Shown piece by piece: positions 53,369-64,000 of a stretch of DNA of 64,000 nt. The notes beneath the pieces were generated by a model. That model made no database searches, was not told the DNA's origin, and saw only the letters and a program-made list of their open reading frames with translations. The stretch spans positions 992,001 to 1,056,000 of the forward strand of contig JBHGNT010000005.1 in NCBI GenBank assembly GCA_043228905.1, written 5' to 3'. Each line of letters opens with the position of its first letter. The first letter of the stretch is position 1. Both the position numbers and the translations under genes were made by a program. Origin of the DNA: Azolla caroliniana. Lineage: Eukaryota; Plantae; Polypodiophyta.

Positions 53369-54887
53369 GCCATACCGTTATTTTGTTGGTGGCAGAAGTG
53401 GATGGCGGTGGTGTTGTTTGGGAGGTAGCGATAATCAACAACTGTCACGTGTTCTTTTGGTGGCATAAGTCGATGGCATCGGTGGCGGTGGCATTGTTCG
53501 AAGGGTAACAGACATTGTCAGCAACATTGTTGTGTGGGCGGCAGAAGACGACGGCAGCTCTGTTTGGAGAACGACGTACATCAACGGCAACATTGTTATG
53601 AGATTCGCGAACGGTGGCGACATCATCTTCTAATTGTTCGCCTCCTTCACAAATATCATTTTTAAGGTTGTGTTGGTGTCGTGGATTCAAGAAAGGGTGA
53701 CTCATCAAATTTGAGAAAATACGACTATAAAGGAAGGTGTTCTTGGTTGGGTCAAATAAATGGTAAGCTTTGTAGCCGTTTGCATCTCCGTACCCAACAA
53801 AAATCGTTTTTCTAGCTCTTTGTTCTAACTTCGTTCGTTTTTCAACAGGAACGAAGGCGTAGCAAGGCAACCTAAAATTTTGAGATCTTGCATATTTGGT
53901 TTTACTCCAAACCATAACTCGTATGGTGTGATTAACCCAAGTGTTTGATGATAGTTACGATTTTGGAGATAACATGGTGTTGCGACAACTTCTTCCCAAA
54001 ATGAGGGCGAAAGTGATGCGAGGTTCAGCATGCTCTGAGCTTAATTAAAGAGTGTTCAATTCTTTCGTTCGGCTAGACCATTTTGTTGTGGTGTCGAAGG
54101 AACAGAAATTCGTTGTAAAATTTCATGGTCGCATATGTCACTATGGACGAGAGTTCAAGAGGTCGACTTCTTCGTGAGTTACTTGTAGGAAACTTTGATG
54201 ATGCCATTTTGCCGAACAAGAACGCCTCACATAGGTCAATTTTGCAAAACATATCCTTTGGGACTCTTTGAGCGAGCTTGTGAGTTTGGAGTGTTCGCAT
54301 AGCAGCAAGGTGTGGATGTCCAAGTCGATAGTGCCAAAGTAAGGTGAGTTCCTGTTGTCTTTCGATTTCGGTTGTGTGAAATTCAATTTTTTATTGGGTT
54401 GTTGGATGTACACTAATTGGATATAACCCTCCTTGTCTTTTGCAGGAAGTTCGTATCATGAGACCATTTGGTAAAAGATGATGAATCACGGCTTGGTTAT
54501 GATGGAACTCGATGATGGTTCCATTCGAACTTGCTTGACTTATCGAAAGGAGGTTCTTGGTGATACCAGGCATGTGGTACACATCATTTATGGTGAAGTT
54601 TCCTCCTCCGGGGAGATGAAAAGTAAGTTGGCCTTTGCCGAATACTTGTTTTACTCCATTATTTCCAAATCTAACATTTGTTGGATTTTGTAGGGTTGTG
54701 TACCTTTGAAGCCAATCCGATCGATGTGTGAGGTGGTTCTTGCTCCGGTGTCGAGATACCATTTGTGATCCTTCTTTGTTGGTATATCCGCGACAAGTGC
54801 TTCAACCACGAAAGCTTGCATCAAGTCGTTGTAACCTTCTTCTTCATATTCGTCCTTTTCTTCCATTGAGGCAACTGTTACATAAAC

Positions 54888-54942
54888 CTCTTCTTCTTCT
54901 TCTTCTTCTTCTTCTTCTTCTTCTTCTTCCTCTTCCTCTTCC

Positions 54943-54983
<41 letters not shown>

Positions 54984-55016
54984 TTCCTCTTCTTCTTCTT
55001 CCTCTTCTTCTTCTCC
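54888..55016. repeat. (CTT/CCT)n microsatellite giving a poly-Glu tract in the copia H gag-PR linker
   Basis: About 130 bp of trinucleotide repeat; GAA/GAG on the minus strand lead towards the acidic MEEKDEYEEEG segment. Confidence 0.85.
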
Positions 55017-57263
55017 ATTTCTCTCTTCCTCGAATTCTTCTACAGTGTGTGCTTGTGGTCGACGAATGTTGCTTGGGAATCTTCAAATAGACTTTTGTTT
55101 TGCCTTACATTCTTCTGGTATGTGGTCTGGTCTTTTGCGAATGTTGCAATGAAGACTTAGTGAACTTAATTCCACCTTTAGTCATAGGTGCATTAGTCCA
55201 CTGACTCTTGAAACTCTTGTATCTTGCTTGTGGTTTGTAATGAGGTCGATAGGCTTCCATAGCGATTGCTTGTGTTTATGTGTTTTCTTCTCTTGTCTTT
55301 CTCATCGAGTCTTCTTGTCTTATATCTCCCATGAGATCTTCCCCAGTAGCTTGTTTATTTAAATTTTGTGTAGTCACAAAAGATGACCAAGAAGAGGGTA
55401 AAGCACCTAATAATAAACATCTTTGTAGTTTGTCAGAAATGTCCAAGCCAGATGTAATTGTATCATCCAATTTCTTTTCCCAAGTTGTTAGAAAATTATC
55501 TACTTCTTCTTCTTCTTTCATTGTAAATGTGACATATGCACATAGTGTGTGCACTTGTGCTACATCCGTCTTTGGTTCATATTGTGTCTTTAATTTCTCC
55601 CAAATTTGATGCGAAGTTTGTAACTTTCTAACCGCTTCTCCTTGAACATCTGATATATGTGCTAATAATTCCATCTTTGCTACAAGATCTTTCTCTTCCC
55701 AAATAACTTGATCAGGTGCAGGGAGATCAGGTTTTGTTGACAATCCTGACACTACATCCCAAAGTTTGTAGTGTTGAAATTATAATTCGAGTCAAGCACT
55801 CCAAATGCGATAATTTAGCTTTGATAACTTTACTAATGAAAGTTTATGTATGTTGAGAATGTTGGCAGGAGTTGAGGATTGTGCCATTTTTATGGAAGAG
55901 GGCTATCTGGCTTAGCACTCGTCTTGATGACAAATCGATCAACGCTCCTGGGATTCTCTAGTCTTATTTGATAGATGCGGAAATCTATAAATCTAATACC
56001 ATATAGAATTCGGCAACTATACAAATAGAGAATGATTGCTAGAGAGAGATCACACATACATAAAATTTGTTCTATATTGATTGTTTAATGTTACATTCAT
56101 TACTCAAAAATGGCTTGTTGTTTGTAGAGACGATGGACAAAAAGTTAAGTTTCTTCAATATTCATGCAACAACCGCCATTTTTTGAAGATTCAAAATTCC
56201 TAAAGTATGTGTGTAAGCTTCATAAGTCATTGTATGGTTTGAAACAATCTCCACGAATGTGGCATTATAAGCTCCATACATTGAATCTTATGTCTATTAA
56301 TTTTCGGCATCTTCAAGCCGAGCCAAATCTTTACATTCGTAGAGAAGGAAGTGACTATGTAATCATTGGTGTGTATGTTGATGATTTGCCAATTGCCTCT
56401 AACTCTACTACTTCAATGCGAAAGGCTATAAATCAACTCAAGGCAAAGTTTCCCGTCAAAGACCTTGGACAACTAGAGTATTGCCTTGGTATCAAGGTAA
56501 CAAGGAATCGAACGGCAGGCACACTTCCCATGTCGCAACGAAAGTTGGTCGAAGAAATTCTTCACAAGTTCGAGATGTCCGACTGTAAACCTATTGCAAC
56601 ACCAATGATCGTATCATGCAAAATATCATCCAATGATAGTCCAAAGGCCGTGGAAGAAGAGAAACTCATGAAATCACTTCTTTATCAACAAATCCTTGGA
56701 AATATAAGGTACCTTGTGAGTTGTACACGTCCGGATTTGTCTTACTCAGCTGGTTTTCTTTCTAAATTCATGCAGAATCTCGAAGTAGCTCATTGGAATG
56801 CTTTAAAGCGAGTTCTTTGTTTATCTACAATACACTAAAATTGGAAGTAACTCAATGGATTGTTTTAAAGCGAGTTCTTTGTTTATCTACAATCCCAAAG
56901 TAGCTCATTAGAATTGTTGTAATAAAATTGGTCTTAGTATTAGTAAGATCAATAAAGAAAAATAAACTCTTTATTTTATGGGGGGGGGGGGGTTAGAATA
57001 TAAAATAAAGAATAATATTAGGAGGAAAATAAAACATATTATGATAAATAAAGTAAGAAATTATTATTCGTAAAATGCCCCTCTTTATAAAGTAAGAAAT
57101 TATTATTCGTAAAATACCCCTCTTTTATAAAAACGTTTTGTAACCACCCTCTTATATATACACATTGTAACAACTATTTATGTGGTGTGAGAAATACAAA
57201 TGTTAGTTTCTTGATCTCTCTCTCCCTATTATCTTCTTCCTATCTCTTGTGTTATTGCTTGAT

Positions 57264-57677
57264 CCGCCTTCGAGACCCTCCATGAGCTGTCTCTTCGTGC
57301 ACGAGAAAGGCACCCCCGAATACGCGAAGCTTGTCAAAGCTCCCGACACTTACTTCTTTAAAACCATATCGTCATGCCCCCAAAGCTTGATCGTGATCGC
57401 CACACACGAGATCTTCTCTAACCATGCCCCCAACGAGGTGTACATTGGTGATGCCACTCCGACCATCAATGATACCACGAATCAAACCGTTGAATCGGCC
57501 CTCGACAAATTCAACTCTCGCCTCCATGAGGCCAAGAGGGCCATCAAAGAACGGAACGATGACCGATCCCTCCTCAATCGGGAAGATATCAGTGGCATCG
57601 ATTACGTTATTATGTTCCGTACATCTAGTAAGTCTGGTGTCACTAGCCGCGGTATACCAAATAGTGTTTCCATATGA
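57264..57677 (+). pseudogene. LOX: LOX-C remnant: 3' part of exon 9 of a third paralog
   Basis: [16 protein letters not shown]...RGIPNSVSI* is fused directly to the truncated LTR; substitutions at residues shared by A and B; followed by the full LOX-A-like 3' flank to 60930. Confidence 0.9.
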
Positions 57678-60552
57678 ACACATTTCTTTCTCCCAACTCT
57701 CCATTTTCCAATGTAAGATAAAAAAAAAGCATGTGTTGATATGCTCTCATTGGTAATAATTCAAAATACTTTCATTTTGTGCTCAAATGGTATGTGATCT
57801 GTTCTCTTTTCATTGTCCTACCCTTTCTCTCCTTGCTGCATACCCACCCACTATCCTTTCTTCTTTGTACATTTTTGGGACCTCTTAGGGGCACATGTTA
57901 TAATGCACCAAGTTCACATGTGCTCCGTTGTGGGCACCAATTTGCACGCTTGTTGTAGGATCAAATTGTGTGAATAAGTATAAGTGGCAAAGGATATAAT
58001 GCCAAAGAGATTTAGATTATTTGAACCTTGATCCACTTCTATGTGTGATTAGATTGGAACGCAAACTATATGTGAGAGTTTATGAATCCATGTATTGTAT
58101 TGAGCATCTCTTAGTAATACAGAAATATCGCACACATCTTATGAGATAGAATTGCTATTTCTAAATCAAATGTGTACAATTAATCATCACAAAAGCCTAC
58201 ACATTGTAAGGATGCCTACAAAAACGCTAGAATATATTACCTCGCGTGGTTAAACTTGGAAAACGCAAATATATTAAGAAGGAAACGAACCATCTCTATA
58301 CATATTTGTTGGACATAATAATGTATTCCCTTCAAAGAAAATTTGTTCCAGAAGCTTTCTTTGAAAATGAACCTTCAAGCATCAAGGATACCACTTAGTT
58401 TGATCCATTGTTCAAATTGATCTCCTTCAAAGTCCCTTGACTAATGTGGGTATTCCATGAAAAAGATTACAACTTTTTCCTCTCCAAAAAAAGGCTATAA
58501 CCTACAAATTGTCGTTTGTGAATAATTGGTACATCAAGATGAAACTACGACGTAAGTTCTCAAATCAAGAACATTGACCATTTGCCCTAACCACACATCC
58601 CATTATATAGTTCACTATGATCATTATAATAAGTTATCCTCAAAAAAGCAATGTTTGTCATAATCTAGTGTGAAAGGATTGTTTGAAAGGTTGAAAAGAG
58701 TTACATAGAAAATCTTGAAATTACTTACATTTGAATCTTGAAGAACATACAGTCAATTCAAACTTTAAAAGCTTTATTCAATAGCAAGATAATTTGACTA
58801 GTATTGTACTATCATGTACTATTAAGATAATTTATACAAGCATACGAATAAAGCATTAATAGGAGAAGAAAAACTTACGCTTCCTTTGTACAACCTCTTT
58901 ACAACATTGTGTAATCCTTACCTTAATCCCACCTTAATAATTTGGCCTCTTTATTTTCTAGGTTCATACTATACATTAGGCAAATATGTTCCTATGGGTG
59001 GCCCGTGAATGCCAAACTCGTCAAGTGTTTGTTGTGACATAAACTTTTCTATATGTACCATCTCATCAATTAAATTAATGTGTACAACCTAACCTTGATG
59101 TTATCGATCACACCAATGACCAATGCCAGTGTCACCTTCCTCATTTTTTTAAATTCCGCATACAATATAGAATGACTTGGTTTAAGATGATTGGACCCCC
59201 AACAACATGTCTATGATCTTAAGTTAAATGCTAGTATTTATGGTACGATGCTAGGTTCATAGACATGTATAGGTTTACACATATAGATATATAATACTTG
59301 TATATCTTCTCTTAAAATATGTGTATCCATAGATACATAGATATATGTATGTATTTGGGTTAGCTATGTAGGTTTGAGTTACGAGGATAATATAAACTTG
59401 TGTAGAGATATTTGTATGTGTGTGTGTGTGGGTGGGTGGGTGTGTGTTTAGAGACGCCCATGTATGTTTAGATATATATGGCATATTATTGTGAATATTC
59501 ATAATTTTGTTTTATCTTTCCATATGCATGTGTATGAACAGATTCATATGATTGTTCTTGGCACCTGTTTTCCTCCTTTCATAAAGGAAGAGTAAGTTTC
59601 GCAATGTCTCTTACGAGGCCAATACACAAGATATCTTGTTTTCTTGTTTGAGAAATAAAATTAACAAACACAAGATATAAAAAGGTAAATTTGGTCATGC
59701 CCACTTGTTCCAAAGCCCCAAGGGACAAGACACCTGATTTTCATTGTACTATTATGCTTGAGCCATTCCAACTAAAGCCCTCAATGAAACCTCAAAGTTC
59801 TTGAGATATTTTAAACACCTTCATTAAAGGAGCCTCATGTTTTGAAATTGAACCATTAGCCACTTTTTTCTTAATTGAAGAAAACGTGAGTGGAGATACA
59901 CACACATAATAATTATGCCAATGTTGGACTGATGAACGACTAGCGCCTATTGCCTTCTTGCTTGACGTAGACCTCAACGTGGATAACATTTGCACAATTG
60001 TGAAAGCATGCTCGCCAATTAAAACGTTTGGATTGTGGACAAGTCGAAACTGTAATGTTATAAGTTCTAAACAATCTCACCATGAAAATATATGTCAAAT
60101 GGAAACAAATTCATTGACATTTGCTTAGAATTGATCAATATATGAAAACATAATTAAATACGTTAATTACCTAGACCAAGAAATTTAATGAGAACATCTG
60201 GACCAATTGACTAACATTATTCAATAGAGAGAGATACTCAACATTGTCGAGCTGACCCAAATAAACTTGAATGTATCAAACATAACTATTAACCAGTTTT
60301 TTTGGAATGAATGATGATTGTATGTACAAGGATGTGGATGTGGGGATACACACACATAACAATGACGCCAATGTTGGACAGATTCACATGGTCCAAATAC
60401 TACTGAGTGATGTAAAGAAGATAGTATGTACAAGAATGTGAGCATGGGGACATATACACTTACAATGAAGGCAATGATGGAAAGACCAATGGCACACCAA
60501 TCAATTTTGTTTTACAAAGAATTTTACATAATGAGACCATAATCTACATTAC

Positions 60553-63011
60553 TTAACGTACGATGAATGATGGAAATATGGTAGGGTTCTCAGGAGCAGG
60601 GTGTTGTTGGATGGTGCGAAAAGGGTCTTCATCAAAAGCAAATGGTTTTGGAACAGGACAATTAGAGAAATGAGTCGGGGCATTGGTGATACATCCAACT
60701 TGCATGGTGGGCTGGAAGTTTGTTCTGTCAGTCATCTCATGTGTCATTTGAGTTATGTGCACTTCATCTGCTGCCCTGGGGGTAGATGTATTCCTCATTG
60801 CATTTCTATAAGACATTACCTGAATGAAGATTTCACGGGGAAACGAAAGTGCACAATAAACCATGAATTGCCTCAATCAAAGAAAACCCAACAAAATAAT
60901 TGAGAAGTCACTAGTTCTTTTTTTATGATTCAGTAAAGTTCCTTAAGCCAAAGTTTTACCTGAAGTTGTAGCCTCAACCTCTTGAGGTAGCTTATAACCT
61001 CAGTTAATAATGAGGCTTTGTCAGTCTACACAACACAACATTCAATCAAGTTTCAGACATTTGTCTTTAGCTGGAACCACATCCAATCAACCATATTGAA
61101 ACATTAGTCTATATATACATGTGTGCAACATGTACCTTGTTAGCATTGGGTATCAACTCTTGCAAGGCCCTCAACTTCTCGTTAATCCTACCTCGTCGGT
61201 TCTACGAATGCATGCATGAGAATACCACAATTTAGAACAGGAATACACAAAAATACCTTTCACTAATCACAAACGAAACAAAATACGATAAATATATGCA
61301 TTCATTCCTTCATCTCTTACAACATTCCGGCGTATATTTTATGTCAGCACATATGAATGTATGCATGTATGCATTGTATATACAGTAAATACATAAGTAC
61401 ATAAGTATGTATGCATGTAGCATACAAGCATGCATGTATGTTGCATGTATGCTACATATAAGTAGGCAAGTATGTTGTATGTATGCATGTATATATGTAG
61501 CATACATGCATGCATGTGTGTAAGTACGCATATATGTATATAGGGCATGGATGTAGGTATGTATGTAGGCATGCAATCCATGTACCCGTGCATGTACATA
61601 TGTATGTATATGTATGTATGTATGCATTCCGTGTATGCATATTAACTCAGGGAGAGGAAGAGACCCTTTCTGATTGATTGTGAGTTTCGGCTGCCCGTGC
61701 CCTTTTTGTGGACCTGCCTTGCCGAGGCTTTCTAGAAACCACATCTTCATAGGAATCCTGTATGAATACAGAACATGCTTAATACTTCCCTACATACATG
61801 CACACATACATATACATACATACATATTACATACCATACATACAACCTCATAGGAATCTTGTATGAATACACAACATGTTTAATACTTTTGTACATACAT
61901 ACATACATACATACATACATACATACATACATACATACATACATACATACAACCTCATAGGAATCTTGTATGAATACACAACATGTGTAATACTTTTGTA
62001 CATACATATACATACATACATGCCATACATACAACCTCATAGGAATCTTGTATGAATACACAACATGTTTAATACTTTTGTACATACATGCACACATACA
62101 TATACATACATACATACATACATACATACCATACATACAGCCTCATAGGAATCCTGTATGAATACACAACATGTTTAATACTTTTGTAGATACAGACAGT
62201 CAGACAAACACATGCACATACATTACATATACTTTGTTAAACATGTAGCAAAATCCACTTTTATGAGGTAAAGTTTATCACCATACCTCACTCTCTGAAG
62301 CATCTCTCTTTCTCTTGTCATTATCAGATGTGTGGATAGGGTTAGTATACTGATGAACATCATTTCCTTCCTTAGCATAAGCTAATGAGGCATGGTTATC
62401 TGAAGGTGGGTTTAACATAATGATTTCTTGAAAAGATGAAGAATACTGAGAATGAATGTGACCTTCACTTTCCATACAATATCCTTGTAACACAGAAGAA
62501 GCAGAAGAAGAGGAGGAGGAGGAGGAGGAAGAAGAAGAAGAAGAAGAAGAAATGGAAGAGGAGGAGGCAGAGGTGGAGGAAGAATTCATTGTTACTTGGT
62601 TTCCACTTAGTTTTTCTTCTAATTCAAGTGGGAACTTTTCTTTCATGAAGTCTGGAGGTTCAGACACAATGATTTGAGTAGGATCGACAAGCGGAAATGC
62701 CAACATCTCGGGATCAAGGGCTTGAAGGTCGCCCTCTAACCAGACCATTGGCATCATCTCAGTATTATTACAGAAGAAGGGCTCATCTTGCTCATAGCTA
62801 AACCTGTAAGAACGCAAATCAAAGCCACAAATAAATGAATAGATGATTGAGCTAAGGCAAACTTGTCCAAGAAAGGATGAGTTTGGATGCATAATTTTTA
62901 TGTCTTCTTGCCAAAAAAGAGCCAAATATAGAAGCAGAAAAAGGGAACTTACCCAAGAAAGGGTGAATTTTGATGCATGAATTGCATAACTTCATCACAT
63001 GGGAAATGCAT
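60553..63011 (-). CDS. Hypothetical protein, ~280 aa, exons 63011-62953, 62803-62287, 60819-60553 (further 5' exons possible)
   Basis: Donors GTAAGT and GTATGG, acceptors cttacag and ttcattcag, with matching phases (2, 0). Reads MHFPCDEVMQFMHQNSPFLG-FSYEQDEPFF...poly-Ser...KRKRDASESE-VMSYRNAM...FIVR*. No domain recognised. Confidence 0.55.
61360..62200. repeat. (TATG)n/(TACA)n-rich compound minisatellite
   Basis: Five copies of cataggaatc.tgtatgaatacacaacatg.ttaatactttt at ~61748, 61849, 61956, 62038 and 62144, separated by variable TACA runs; an opposite-polarity TATG tract at 61360-61640. Confidence 0.9.
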
Positions 63012-63591
63012 TCTCACAATCTAAATAATGGGTTTAACTTATATATGTATATGTAAATGTATATATATATATAGATATATATACACACACAAACATTAGA
63101 AAAAGCAAAAAAAAAACATTATTTCATTATATTCCAATAAAGCCACGGATAGAGAGAGAGAGAGAGAGAGAGAAATGGATCAATAATTGAACCAGATTTC
63201 TTGGGGCCTACATTTATCCAGTCAATTATCCAATCCTTCCTCGACCATGAGTGGTGAATCAGAGCGATTGGGTGATGTTGGGGCAGGGGTACATTTGAGA
63301 GAGACAAAGAGGCATACAGACAGGCAGATCAAAAAAAGGAATAAATTATAAATGAAAAAAGATGCCCAATGACGGTAAGTAAAAAAAGGTTAAGATGGTT
63401 CTCTCTTTCTTTCAACTCTTTCCGAAGGTATGGGCCAAAAGTGGGGTTAACCAATGGGTATAAGACACATGTACAGAACAGAGTCTCCATAGAAATCATC
63501 ATTATAGACTTCACTGTCTCCACATACATACATGATACATATATGTATATGTATATTATATACATTTTGGGGTGTGGTCATTTTCAAGCTC

Positions 63592-63800
63592 ACTATTGGG
63601 TCCCCCCCCTCCCCCTTCCCCCTTGTCATTTTCTCATCAAATTTGCACGATAATCGATTGATTGATAGCTATTGGGTCCCTTCCCCTTGTCATTTTCTCG
63701 TCAAATTTGCACGATAATCGATTGATCGATAGATAGCTTTAGTGTGTTTCACACGCTCTTGATGATAGTTGGGTCCTTGTCACATTTCTCATCAAATGTA
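63592..63800. repeat. Short tandem duplication (2 full units plus 1 partial)
   Basis: ctattgggtcc...ccttgtcattttctc.tcaaatttgcacgataatcgattgat is repeated. Confidence 0.75.
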
Positions 63801-64000
63801 GAGAAAGGGGGGGGGGGACAATCTGGTGACTTGCCCTTATAAGTTTTGGAGTAGTCAATATCGGCCCCCATCCCATATTTCCACCTCGGGATAAAACCTA
63901 GCTCAAACCCTATGTTTTTATGTCACCTACACCAAACTGATGTCTAAAGCTTTGCAACTTCGGGAATCTATTATCTAACAACACCCCCCCCCCCCCCCCC

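Larger units (their letters stand above)
50722..56158 (-). mobile_element. Ty1/copia element H nested in G (3' LTR 50722-50973, truncated 5' LTR 56002-56158), with internal deletions in INT and RT
   Basis: Paired LTR t.tagaattcggcaactatac; PBS tggtattaga; PPT aagggggag; gag LLGALPSSWSSF, PR WYLDTGA, RT KNKTWSLV..ALLVARGF, RNase H STSGFVY..ADFLTKP. Confidence 0.9.
48643..57263 (+). mobile_element. Ty1/copia element G inserted 6 bp after the LOX-B stop (5' LTR 48643-48887, truncated 3' LTR ~56991-57263)
   Basis: Paired LTRs (t)gttagaatataaaataaag...; degenerate PBS ttgtattagagc; poly-G PPT; gag NYRMWKTRM, PR FFDTRATHH, LWHHRLRH, RT LYGLKQSPRMW..VYVDDL. Confidence 0.9.

Noticed and set aside
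54728-55090. Poly-Leu and poly-Arg (protamine-like) ORFs
   Set aside because: Alternative frames of the (CTT)n microsatellite.
57249-57677. Independent 142-aa mini-LOX gene
   Set aside because: Starts at a non-ATG codon within the LTR, lacks most iron ligands and carries substitutions at conserved residues.
61310-62136. Tyr/Met/His-rich ORFs
   Set aside because: Translations of TATG/TACA repeats.
61748-62200. Repeat-spacer pattern resembling CRISPR
   Set aside because: The spacers are just variable (TACA)n microsatellite in an intron.

Overview
Eukaryotic land-plant DNA (spliced genes, microsatellites, nested retrotransposons); a non-seed plant such as a fern is my inference from the element types, not established. 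The backbone is a tandem array of three 13-lipoxygenase (LOX) units. LOX-A (4343-10961, 9 exons, ~974 aa) is intact with a plastid-transit-like N-terminus. LOX-B (42126/42405-48636) has an intact catalytic region, but its original 5' end is frameshifted and displaced by LTR insertions, and an LTR sits 6 bp after its stop. LOX-C (57264-57677) is only a 3' remnant. Between and around them lie deeply nested, mostly RT-deleted Ty1/copia, Ty3/gypsy and LINE elements. A convergent 3-exon gene of unknown function lies at 60.5-63.0 kb. The most interesting candidate is LOX-B: an LTR-derived ATG opens an in-frame Ser/Arg-rich N-terminal extension almost the same length as the lost transit peptide, directly downstream of another sense-oriented LTR that could act as promoter. 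All coordinates were read by eye; no alignments or searches were run.
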